In this document: one piece after another, positions 12,701 through 24,429 of the stretch
How the letters are laid out: the number at the start of each line of letters is the position of its first letter
How positions within the stretch are numbered: position 1 is the first letter of the stretch
The notes under the pieces: model-generated
What the model saw: the letters and a program-made list of their open reading frames with translations, nothing else
Databases searched by the model: none
Told to the model about the DNA's origin: nothing
Program-made: the position numbers and the translations under genes
Origin: Octopus vulgaris
Lineage: Eukaryota
Length of the DNA: 64,000 nucleotides
NCBI GenBank assembly: GCA_951406725.2
Contig: OX597815.1
Location: 88,164,001 to 88,228,000 of the forward strand
Direction: 5' to 3'

Positions 12701-14100
12701 ATTGAAACCAACTAATACTGAAGCAATCAAATGTTATGGGGTGCTATTTGCATAAAATAGTAATGGAATAACCATCGCTGACAATACAAAGACATCAAAC
12801 CTTTCTTATTTCACAATTTATCCTAATTTATGTTTGGGTTATTATGTTGTATATTATATCATTTATATTCAGGCTGTAGACAATGCTCCATGTAGTCACT
12901 TCCTTTTTGTTTCTAATGTTAATTCATAGCACTCTATACCTTCCAAACATTTGGACCAGTGAAGATATAGGTAAGATTACACAGTGTGCTTAGTATTTAT
13001 GTTTATTTCTGCTTTTGGTGTCAACTTCTCTACTTGTGTGTCAATTATTGTTTCTTTCAAAGTATTTTGTTGTCAAATGCTAGATATGAAATACAGTTGT
13101 ATATTTCTCTTTGTTCCTTTCTATTATGTAGTTTTATTGTAAACATATCTTTAGCTTTAGAAACAATTCATTTTGTTGTACTCTCTCTGTCTGTCTGTCT
13201 CTCTCTCTCTCTCTTTGTAAGTATGATGTTCTGTCTGTTTTAGACTTTATTACTTGCTGGAAGAATATGTTTGTTTCGCAGTGCTAATCTTCAGTTTTTT
13301 GTTGTTTTTGTAATAAATTCCCCAACATGGAAAGCAGACATTAAATGATGATGATTTATTTTATATTTAATTTCAGAAGTCTTAAGTGAATAGTAGTAAA
13401 TTACTTTTACTTCATAAGTATCTGTCTCAAATACTTTATAAATACTTGGAGTTTCTACTTTCCATTTTATTGTATGTGGTGTATCCTGAAAAAAGAATGA
13501 TCAAGTAATTTCTTTATTCATCTAATTATTGTTATGATTAAATCCACAGCCTCTACAGCCTGAACAGTGGTTATAAAATTAGACATTTCATTTGTTGAGT
13601 TCATTGAGTTGATTATTTATGCCATAAATATTTTATTGATCTCAAGAATTATTTTACTTTTTGATTCATCCAGATTTTCTGACTAAATAGTTTGCCCCCA
13701 TCTCCCACTTCTGACCATTTTACTTAATGTTTGATTCTACCAATGCTGAGCAAGAAAATTGTTCTTAGATGAGAACCAGGATTATTCTTGAACCTGTTTA
13801 CTATTTTCTTCCAGGAAGCTTGTTTTTCTTTGGCATAATTCTTTCATTTGAAAACCTTGTTTCTGTGATTGTTTGAGCTGTGCCTTAAATTTGAAAAGAT
13901 ACATATTCATTTGGATATTGCTATAGTCTATTATGAGACATGGTACCAATTAGGTTGTCGTTTAAAAAGATATTGACTCCAGAAACAACAAATTTGAATC
14001 CTTCCAGTATCTTACCTCAGAATTTCAGAAATAATAACATTCTAAATATATGTTATGCAAGCTCTGCTTGAAATAAATATGCATGCTTTTTCCCCACCAG

Positions 14101-14225
14101 GTGATGTCCGGAATGAAATTTACATTACATTAATGCAAGGCGAATTTAACAAAGGCTCCAAGACATCAGAGAAAAATGTTGAGGTGACGATCCAAGTTTG
14201 CAATCAAAAAGGAGAGACACTTGAG
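14101..14225 (+). CDS. DOCK1: DOCK exon w3, start of C2/DHR-1 ([42 protein letters not shown])
   Basis: ccaccag| ... GAG|gtttgt; DHR-1 motif. Confidence 0.93.
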
Positions 14226-14299
14226 GTTTGTAATGTTTATCCTGTTTGGCCTGATCAGGTTGAAGTAGTCTGTTGATAATTCTACTGTATTGCATAAAA

Positions 14300-15230
14300 T
14301 AACACTGCTGGTGGTAGACAGAAGCCAAAAGAGTTATCCTTAAGAAGGGAGAGAAATTCTAGGTGTTGGAGAAGATGGTTGTTCATGACTATCTCCATCA
14401 CAGTTGGGATGTTAGAAATGAAGAGGGATAGGTGTATAGCAGAATCAGGGGAGTTGGCCTTCTTGGAACTATGGCACATTGTTGTGTCTTTCAAAAGATC
14501 AAGGCAGATCCCTGTAGAGAGTGAGAGATTAAAAAGTTTGGTGAGAGTAGGGACTAGATTTGGGCTGTACTGAAGGTAATGGAAGAGACACTCTCGGTTG
14601 GTGGTTTGAACCAACTAGAACCATGTTCACATTTGGTGTAGATGTGCATATTGTGGTGTGCTGGATGCAATGGAGAGGAAATATTTTGGAGGAAGAGACT
14701 TTACTTAATGTGTGCAATGTGGAGCTGGACACAAAGGAACCAGCAAATGCGGCTAATTTCTCTGTAGAATGCTGTTGTCAGAGCCATCATTGTTGAGAAG
14801 TGGAAAGAAAGACAATTCCACATAGCTGTAAAAAATCATCTTTTAGCAAGGGACCAGAAAGAGGGGATGCAGTTTCAGAGATGGGGAAACTTTCATTTAT
14901 GCTGTGGATGATGGCTTTGCAGAAATTGCAACAGTCAGTAAAACTTTTCTAGCATGTTAGAGTGGATTATTTTCTTTAAGCTTTGTAGGACATATTCTTT
15001 ATCCAAATTGTTGCATCACAGCAGGGTTGGGTATGAGTTTTGGCTGTGTAGAATATGTGAAGAGATGTGCTGGAAAGGATGGTTTCAGTCCTCTTAACTG
15101 TATCTGAAGAGTTAGATGAAACACTTACACAGCCAGGAATAGTTATGCTAACTAATAGGGTTTTGACCAGTCAACTGACTTGAAGTGTCATAGTTTCTAG
15201 GATGCTGGAAGTTATGTATAGTATGTGGAT
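14300..15230 (-). mobile_element. Old degenerate LINE (RT N-terminal part)
   Basis: LVPTLTKLFNLSLSTG...VMEIVMNNHLLQHLE..SLLKDNSFGF resembles CR1/L2/jockey RT domains 0-2; boundaries approximate. Confidence 0.7.
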
Positions 15231-15407
15231 GAACAAACTTTTGTTTTGGCATTTATTAATGGATAGACCATTTTTTTCTATAAAGCAACAACAGAATTCT
15301 TTCTCTCACTAATTGAGATATGCTACAAATTACAAAACTGTTTAATTACATGAAGATTGTTGAGTCAATGTATACTGCTTAATGGTTTTCTTTACCTTTC
15401 ATTAAAG

Positions 15408-15506
15408 AATGTGATAAGTGGCGGTGCTGGTGGTGAGATGATGTCAAGGTACAGTTCCTGTATTTATTATCATGAAGACCGACCAAAATGGTTTGAGACT
15501 GTGAAG
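15408..15506 (+). CDS. DOCK1: DOCK exon w4 (NVISGGAGGEMMSRYSSCIYYHEDRPKWFETVK)
   Basis: ttaaag| ... AAG|gtaatc; PxWxETVK motif. Confidence 0.92.
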
Positions 15507-17420
15507 GTAATCCAGATCTTCTATCTTAGTAACATTGTCCAATTTAATGTTTGAATTCATTTTGCTAAATTCATCTTTTAAATTTCATTTAACTAACTCT
15601 GCTTACTGTATGTGTGTGTGTGCATGCATATATTAAAAACATGACTAGTTTGAATAATTTTCCTTTTTATGTACAATTTCAAGAGATGCTGCTAGTTCAT
15701 ATACACTCACACACACACATACACACACACACACATACATGCATATATATGAACATGTATAACATATTCTGTTATCATTAATCTTATGAAACTTTAAATA
15801 TATTAAAATTTATTCATATTCACTTTGCCAATATAAAGACATCTAGTCATTAGTCTATAATTATTGACTATAGAATATAGGTTATACACACATATATGTA
15901 TTTTCTTATTTACATACATATAGTACATACACACGTATCACATGTATGTAAATAAGAAAAAAAAACTGAAGATGCACGTAAAGCTATACCAAAAATTTGC
16001 AAGTAATCATGTCAAAAATTTTGAAACAATAAATAAATAAATATATATATATATATATATATATCTGTCTGTAAATTTACCAAGTGCACCAGTTGATAGG
16101 CTATGTATCATTGTTTACTGTACAATGTATTTTCTGAAACTTACTTTATTCTGATTATAGTGAAAGTTTGTCCATGAGTATTCTTAGAATTACATAAAAA
16201 TCGTAAAAAAAAAAAAAATAATAATAACATGTCTAGATACTGCAGCAATATAGTAATTATTACAAATACTTGCTATGGCTATTGGCAGATGATACTGCAA
16301 ACTGGATTTCTGTCGATGGCAAGCAGGTGAGTTTTATGTTCTTGTAAAGTTCCTGCGTAGATCACATCTTTCCATTTCACTCCCTTAAAGCAATGTTGTC
16401 AACTTGGTGTAGTCACTTTTGTATTCCACACCCAGCCTTGCTTCCGAATCCATCTTTGTAAATATATCTTTTTTTGCCTGAGACCATTTTGTTCAGGTTG
16501 ATATATAATTATTCACTGATGCAATTTAATATGATGGTGTGTTTCCTGCAACATATTCTTAGATATATGTATATATAAATAAAAAGGTAGAATTGTAGTT
16601 CTATAAATGAATGAATAACAGCAAAACCCTTGTAGTAAAGTTACATAAAACAATACACTTTTATTTTTATGTGTAAACCAGTTTGGTTATATTTGACTTA
16701 TAATCACCTCTGGAAAAAGTAAAGTATTGACTTTTGATTGATTTTAATTTAATACAATAATAAATTATTTGTTTGTTCAAATTCAATGAAATTTGATTAT
16801 TGACCTAGTTACACTTAATGTGATAAACATAATTTGGTTAACATGTTTAATAATCATAATACAACTTTCATCACATAGCGATTAAATTTATTAGAGAAAG
16901 AAATAGCTTGATCGTTTATTTTTTTATTCCCATTTTTCTGCTTGAAAATTGTCTTCCCATTTATGTCTGGTATTTTCTTGTCATTAAGTGTTGAATGCAT
17001 GTGTTGTTACATATCTTATCTAGCAACACATTGTTTTCAGTCAACCGTGTTAATATTTTCATGTAATTTGTTCTTTTTCTTTTCTTTACTATTATTAAAT
17101 ATCTCTCCACCAGTTACTGTGTATTTCGTGTTTATTTATGCATCTGTGATGTATTTTTTAAGCATCACCAGTCACTGTTTATTGTTTATACTTTAATTTA
17201 GTGATTTCTATTAGTTTCTTATTTAAGAAAATATTCATGTACAATAAATTATCCAAATTTTTTCAAACTCTGCATGTAAAAATATGTGTGTATGTATAAT
17301 GCAAGTAAGATATATCATAATAAATATAAACATCTTAGTCATAAAGGCCAGAAGTATTCTTTACATATATATCATTAGTACATATATATTTATTTTAAAA
17401 TATATATGAAAATGTATATT

Positions 17421-17425
<5 letters not shown>

Positions 17426-17451
<26 letters not shown>

Positions 17452-17466
17452 CCTCCTCTCTCTCTC

Positions 17467-17512
<46 letters not shown>
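17426..17512. repeat. (CT)n(CA)n microsatellite; further (TA)n tracts at about 16040, 18220, 21660, 56147, 57630
   Basis: Direct inspection. Confidence 0.9.
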
Positions 17513-17515
<3 letters not shown>

Positions 17516-17524
17516 TCACAACTA

Positions 17525-17990
17525 TTTTCTGGTAAGTATAAAGTCTGATTAGCTGGTGATTTGGTAACTATTCAGTTTCCTAAAGTTAGTGTTGCAAATG
17601 GTTAGTTCATTTGCATCACAGAACTTTAGGAGCCTTGATCCCTCCCCATTCCTTGTACCATATCTGTATCCTCCATGTAAATTAGAAAAACCATCAAAGT
17701 TATCCAGTATGTCCATTAAAAGCACTCTGTATGATAATGAGGTCACTGTTTGTTATTGAGCTCATTGGATGGAAGATTTCATAAAAATGGCACTTCTGTT
17801 CTTCTTCCAACTTTGTGGTGTATATGTACAGGTAAATGTTGCCTGCTAACAATATACCTACTGCACCTTCTACATCACTGTCTTTGTATTCTACCCATAG
17901 CTTGGTTGAGGCTCTCCTCCATCCTTCCTCCTGCACACATATATCTCACCTTTATTCCACCACCTCTACAATCAGATTTGACCTGCTTTT
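17525..17990 (-). mobile_element. RTE-clade LINE endonuclease fragment
   Basis: FNGHTG, HGGYRYGTRNGEGSRLLKFCDANELTICNTNFRK. Confidence 0.8.
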
Positions 17991-18502
17991 CATGTGCTGT
18001 CATTGATGATAGCAGATCAAAAGCTTTGAACCTGTTGGATTCTGAGAAGAAAAGGCAGATTAGTATTTGTTTGCCACAGAATACTTAGTAACATTCAGTG
18101 GCCTCACATACATGGCTTCTACCAATTGATACATTATTTATTCATTCATCAATGAATTACAAGAAATATTTTCTACTCATCAGTGATGGTCATACGTATT
18201 CAACAAGGGGACAACCTTCAATATATATATATATATATATATAATCATCATCGTCATCATTTTTCTATTCTGATTGATTTAGATGAAACTTGTTGATGCA
18301 AGTTTGGCTAGATGCTTTTTCAGTCACCAACTTACCTGTTTTGTCAAGTAATGTTATTTCATTCCATTGGTCTTCACTCACCAAAACTGGTGAAGCATTT
18401 GAACTATGAAGGCTTTTGTTTCACTGAAGAATGTAAACAAAATCAGTGTCTTTTGGTGGTGCTGTACTAATGAGGAAACAACATCCACCACATACATTAA
18501 AG

Positions 18503-18833
18503 TAGGCCTGACCAACTCAAATTACATTGTGGGCCACTTTAATCACAGAAAGCTTATTGAGGGCCACTTGTATACTGAAAGAATTGGAAGCATCTTACTT
18601 TCTCATGCTATTATTACAATAATGAATGAAGGATCATTGATTCAACATGAAATATTATCATTGCAAAAAGAGTAGTATCTTTCTTTTTTACTTTTCATTA
18701 CTATCTTTAATTTTTGATAAAAAATTTTAAATGTTTGTTTAGATAAACCTATTTCAAGAAAGTATCAAGCGGGCTGTAAGATGAAAGTCTGTGGGCCACA
18801 TGTGGCCAGCAAGCCTCAGGTTGGCCAGCCCTG
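18503..18833. mobile_element. hAT-type MITE
   Basis: TIRs TAGGCCTGACCAAC / GTTGGCCAGCCCTG; 8-bp TSD CATTAAAG / TATTAAAG; subterminal GGGCCAC motifs. Confidence 0.75.
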
Positions 18834-19342
18834 TATTAAAGGGTTTCCTTTCTGTTTCTGTCAACTTAAAGTATTGGGCATCCTAATACTATAGTAGACA
18901 ACACTCCCTGCAGTGTGACTAAATCTCAAAACTACACGATAGTGAATTTAACTTTGTAATTACACAGATGTACTTGTGCATATTATATCTGTGTATAGTT
19001 TCATGAAGTGTTGTGGCTCATAGGACATAAAGGAAATGAAATGTTTTTTTCTGACTAGAACAACAGTATTCTTTAGGTAACTTTCCTAGAAGTTTTAGAA
19101 CTTATTCCTAATAGTTAGGTAAATTGAACACATAACCTTTAGCACACTGTTGGTGCATCATGTCACTGTATGAGTTTTCTCCTGTCTAGTAACAGGGTGA
19201 TGGCTGGGGAAACAGTTCTAGAGAAAATGCAGTGTACTAAAGGTTAATGTAAAGTATCCAGTTTGAACATACAATCCAGCCTTTTCATCCCTCCCATATA
19301 TACAAACACATATAAGATAATGTTTTTATTTATTTATATATA

Positions 19343-19746
19343 GACGCAGGAATGGCTGTGTGGTAAGTAGCTTGCTTACCAACCACATGGTTCTGGGTTC
19401 AGTCCTACTGAATGGCACTTTGGGCAAGTGTCTTCTACTATAGCCTTGGGCCGACCAAAGCCTTGTGAGTGGATTTGGTAGACGGAAACTGAAAGAAGCC
19501 CATCGTATATATATATATATATATATGTGTGTGTTTGTGTGTCTGTGTTTGTCCCCCTCACACCATTGCTTGCTAACCGGTGTTAGTGTGTTTACGTCCC
19601 CATAACTTAGCGGTTTGGCACAAGAGACTGGTAGAATAAGTACTAGGCTTACAAAGAATAAGTCCTGGGGTTGATATGTTTGACTAAAGGTGGTGCTCCA
19701 GCATGGCTACAGTCAAATGACTGAAACAAGTAAAAGAATAAAAGAA
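19343..19746 (+). mobile_element. Full-length tRNA-derived SINE, family A, with internal (TA)n(TG)n and AAAAGAAT tail
   Basis: A box TGGCTGTGTGG, B box GGTTCAGTCC; other copies or fragments at about 2110, 5667, 8440, 12060, 21470, 29480, 37190, 43350, 59550, 60790. Confidence 0.85.
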
Positions 19747-19956
19747 TTTGTTAAAATTTTTAGAAACAGTACATCTCCTTCATGGCCAAGTTTGGCATCA
19801 AGCATGACAATTATGATAATATTTATGTGCTTTTATAATTAAAAAAAAAACCCAATTATCTTCAGTTTTTGTCTTGCAGAGATTTATGTAATACAATTCT
19901 CAAAATAAGTTTTTATTGAATTTTTGTCATCTAAGTATGTATAATTTGTATAATAG

Positions 19957-20032
19957 GTTGCTATTTCCACTGAAGAAGAATTCCGAGGTCTTCATCTGAA
20001 ATTCCTATTTAAACATCGTTCCTCAAGTGAAG
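19957..20032 (+). CDS. DOCK1: DOCK exon w5 (VAISTEEEFRGLHLKFLFKHRSSSE)
   Basis: taatag| ... AAG|gtatgt; HLxFxFxHRSS motif. Confidence 0.92.
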
Positions 20033-20203
20033 GTATGTCAGTTTGCTTTTCATATACTTTATATTAGCAAAAATGAGAGTGGGATTTTGACGTCCTCTGT
20101 GTGTTCTTAGTTTTGTTTACTCTCTCTCTCTCTCTTATATATATAAAACTGCTACTAAAGTATTTCAGATAAATTAATCCTTTGATTATATATGTCTTAC
20201 CAG

Positions 20204-20307
20204 GTAAAGACAAACTGGAGAAACCATTTGCTATGGCATTCATCAAACTAATGAATGAGGATGGTACGACATTAAAAGACACAATCCATGACTTGCTCAT
20301 CTATAAA
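20204..20307 (+). CDS. DOCK1: DOCK exon w6 ([35 protein letters not shown])
   Basis: taccag| ... AAA|gtaaga; KLMxxDGTTL motif. Confidence 0.93.
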
Positions 20308-21655
20308 GTAAGATTCTTTTGTCAGTATCAGAATTGTTGTGTTAGAAAGTACTTGGCTAAAAATCTGTTTCATTTACATAATGAGTTGCATGTATGGAGT
20401 GACTGAATAGTTCAAATACTGAAATTTTGATTAAATAGTTGTGTTGACTTGTTCAGTTTTTCTGTAATTTTTCTTTATTTATCAGTCTAAGAAGAACTGT
20501 GCCTACAAAACCCTTTTCTTAACTCTTCAAATCATGATAATTACAGAAAACTGTTCCTGTATATCAGGATAGAGAAATGGAAGCTATTCTATCCTGCTAT
20601 AATCTTCAATATGTTAGAAGATATGTTATATACCTTTATGATATTTTTATGTGTGGTTAATGTGCTATCATATTCTAATGACACTATGGCCATGATAATC
20701 TCTAAAACTGCATGTCTTAAAATTACATCATAGTTTCATGTATCATAATTTGCCAGAGTTGGGAAGCTGCCTTCATCTGCTCATTGTTGAAGAATCTGTC
20801 AGAGAAACATGACATCATTGGTTTGGTCATTTGCAGTACATGACTGAAGGCATGTTAGGCTGAAAAAAATAGTCAGTCTCCAGGTTCATGGCTCCTACTT
20901 TTAGGGTGCTCTAAAGAAACACTGGGAAATGTTTGATGTGACATGAAATATTTGGACATCGATGTTGATCAAGATGAATAGAGGAGAGAGAGTAGGAGGG
21001 GTGATGATCTATCAGATTATATTGACTTGATTTCCATGGCATGTTATCCTTATGAAAGGTAAACAGCAGGATGAACATTGTACCTTGAAATCAGTGGTAG
21101 ATTAATTACCTTTTGTTAGAATTATTATGGAGTGATAATAAATTATCAAATGTTTTTTGCATTAAAATATTACCAATGAAACAACTTACCATTCTGGTAT
21201 GAACTGGAGAAAACTACATGAAGTAGTATCCTATTGCTGCTTACCCTTCCTGATGCCAACCCTTACTTCTTTTTCAAATAAGGTACTTTGTTTCATGCCT
21301 TTGCAATTTGAACAACCATTAGATATTTTTGTTTGTAAGAAACACAAACATATTACCAATTCTGAAATAGTGCTAGTTTGGATACATATGCAGATTAATA
21401 CAAACACATGCATACCCACATGTATGTGTGCATGTACACACACACACACACTTTTGTATAATTTCTTTCTGCCAAATTTTACTTATAAGGCATTAGTTGT
21501 CTTGAGGCCAAAGAAGACACTTGTCCAAGATGCCATATAATGAGGTGGAACCCCAAAATATGTGGTTGCAAAATGAAGCTTTTCAAATGGCCATGGCTAC
21601 ACCTGTTAGAGAACAATTTATCTTAATTGTTATTTCAATTTTACAAGTATGCAGG

Positions 21656-21704
<49 letters not shown>

Positions 21705-21802
21705 AAATAAATGCATTGATAAAGGTCTCCAAGGTTTTTGCAAACTATAGTCCTTCAAAGAAAGGTTTAATTTTTCTATTTAATGTTTTCTTTTTCTAAA
21801 AG

Positions 21803-21992
21803 GCTGAATCAAAAAAAGTTGATAACTTCAAAGACTACTTTGATTTCCCATCTACACGGTATGAGTTTGAAAATTGTTCAAGCAATTCTGTGAACAGCAG
21901 GTCCAGTTTACAAAGAGGTGGCCTTATCATCAGCACCAAAGATTTTGTTCAGATCAAAACATATGTATGTTCAACAAAATTAACACATAATG
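21803..21992 (+). CDS. DOCK1: DOCK exon w7 (AESKKVDNFKDYFDFPSTR...TYVCSTKLTHN)
   Basis: ctaaaag| ... ATG|gttagt; CSTKLT motif. Confidence 0.9.
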
Positions 21993-22263
21993 GTTAGTAT
22001 ATCTTAACTACTATTTTATAAATTTCTATTTTCTTGCAAAGATCATAACATTGCTTATCTTTTAGTCATTACATAGGGATTTCTACCTTGAGGCTAATAT
22101 GTTCTTTTATCCAATAAAGGAATAGTGTATAAATTACTTTACCACAATTTAATTTTATCACCTTTTAAGAATTATAATTGTTTGTATTAGGTATTGTGTG
22201 TGGTAGGTTTTAAATATCTTGACCCAATCAGTTGTGTATTTAATTTTTTTTCTGTTTCTACAG

Positions 22264-22370
22264 TAAATCTCCTTGGTTTATTAAAATGGCAAGAAATATT
22301 AAATGATTCTGTTGCCTTAAAGAAGCATCTAGAAGAGTTGATGACTGTGGATGGTGAAGAGATTGTGAAG
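22264..22370 (+). CDS. DOCK1: DOCK exon w8 (VNLLGLLKWQ...VDGEEIVK)
   Basis: ctacag| ... AAG|gtagac; LLGLLKW and VDGEEIVK motifs. Confidence 0.93.
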
Positions 22371-22479
22371 GTAGACATTATTTTTACACTTTTAATCATT
22401 TTAAATGTTTCTTGTCAGGATACAAGAAGAAGAAAGAGGAATACTATACTTTGGTAAATTCTTTCCACAATTTTGGGCT

Positions 22480-23200
22480 CAAAGGAAATGCAGGAAAAAA
22501 CTTGATAATTCCTTTGAATTAATTTTTCCAGGGTTTTTGTGACAGAGATTTTGGTATGACTGATGTAAAATATCTCCTAGTATTTCATTCTCAGAAAGAG
22601 CAGCTACTCTGACTCTGCCGGCTGTCATCTTATCACACTCTCTTTCAAAGTCTCAAAGATAATGAAGACAGTTATTAACAGCCACCTTTCTCCAGCACCT
22701 TCAATTTCTTACCCTCAATAATAATCACTATGGTTCTCATAAAGCTAGATCTACTGGAGTTCTACTCTCCTATGTCACTCATCAGTGAGCACTTACACTT
22801 GAAAAATTTGGTGAAAATTGTTTTTGCACTTGACATCATTCATCCATGTCTGGCACACAAAATTGCTCAGAACTCAAGAGAGAGGGCTTCTCTATCTTGA
22901 GTTCTAGGTCAATGGCTTCCTCTCAGATTGCACCATTGTGTTGTGTGCTGATGGAGCTCTCTTTGTCCCACATTCTATTTGTTCTGATGTGCTCCACTAC
23001 CTACTTTATTTCTCCATCAACAAAGCCTCCTCATATACAATTGACACTGCTCTTCATTCTACCTTAACCTTCTGCATCCAAGTATCATCCTCCTTGATAC
23101 TCCACATTAAACATTATCTAACTCTATGAACAGAGACTTTGGAAATATTATCTTATGGGGTCGTGTCATTCTTGTCTCCTTCAGCAATACAAAAATATAA
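22480..23200 (+). mobile_element. Highly degenerate LINE RT remnant
   Basis: FALDI..VWHTKLL..FLSDCTIVLCADGALFVPHSI resembles the LDxxKAFD.VWH..FLSDR...VDG RT segment. Confidence 0.5.
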
Positions 23201-24052
23201 CCACTATATATACAAAGAAAACAGTAGTGTGTCTAACTTCCATTGAACAACCATAAGATTAACATTAATCAGATCAATCTCAACTGTCTGTCAGAGTTTC
23301 AATGGCCATAAATACCGCTCTTTCCTTCAGACCAAACTATTGGAAAAATATCGGCTGCAGAGTGCTGAGAACTATTGTCTTCAATGAAAACCATCAAAAA
23401 TATATCATTTTAAACTTGTATATGATGCATAAAGTGTCACAGTTGTCTAAATCATTATGGTGGCTGTTTCCCAGTTAAAGGATTAACCACACATGCTCCA
23501 ATCTCACTAGCTATAAATAAGTGTGATGTGATAATGTATTTTGGAAATTGCAAATTATTAAACTTTTCTTTCATTTCAGTGGCGAAAAAAGAATTCCTAC
23601 TAAAAATTCTAATGCCATTAATTCATTTTCAATTGTCTAATTGGTATGAATAAAGAAATAAAAAATAAAAATTTTACCCATAAAATATGCAGAAGTAAAT
23701 ATAATTAAAAAGAAAATCTTATCTGTCCATTGTTCTAATTCTAATAACATTTTTATTGTTATGAATGTTCTTTGTTGGAAACTGTCTTATATTTAACTTT
23801 ATATTTTTTTTGTCATTTACAATATATTTATGTTTCACAAATCTTAAATATAAAATGGACATTTAACAAAAGTTATTTACCAAATCCTTGAAACTATGAT
23901 GTTTAGTGCTATCATCAATGGTAACTGCAGGCTATCCAGAAAACAAATGTTGTTTCTTTTATTTCCTTTACCAATTTGTTGTAATTAAATGAATAATTTA
24001 AGTAAATAAAAAGTTTTATTTAATTTCCATTTTTCTCTCACTTTCTCTTCAG

Positions 24053-24142
24053 TTTTTACAAGATCTGCTTGATTCATTATTCAGTATTTTAATGCAAAAC
24101 AACAATTCAGATACCTATGAAAATTTAGTGTTCACATCTTTG
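24053..24142 (+). CDS. DOCK1: DOCK exon w9 (FLQDLLDSLFSILMQNNNSDTYENLVFTSL)
   Basis: cttcag| ... TTG|gtgagt. Confidence 0.93.
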
Positions 24143-24429
24143 GTGAGTGACCTTCTTGTTTTCCTTCTATATTCTTATAGTTCATAAAGAAATTTTAGTT
24201 CCACATTGAACTGGGATGTTCACATGAGATTAAAACATTTAGAAACTAATGTAATTTTTTTATCTTTGATTTTTAACATTTCTACTCTAATATCTGAGTA
24301 GTGTGTCTGTGATTTCTAGCACAAATCTCTGCTTTACTTGTAATATAGTACCCAGAATATTTGGAAGAAACCTATATCAAATATTATCTCTCTAGGTTTG
24401 ATAAAATAAGTATAAATTAAATACAAGGG

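Noticed and set aside
16237-16332. Extra DOCK exon ending at a strong CAG|GTGAGT donor
   Set aside because: No pyrimidine tract upstream, and exons w4 and w5 already join as the conserved ETVK-VAI with no gap
19343-19420. tRNA gene
   Set aside because: A/B boxes are present but continue into a SINE body found many times in the window; no proper cloverleaf
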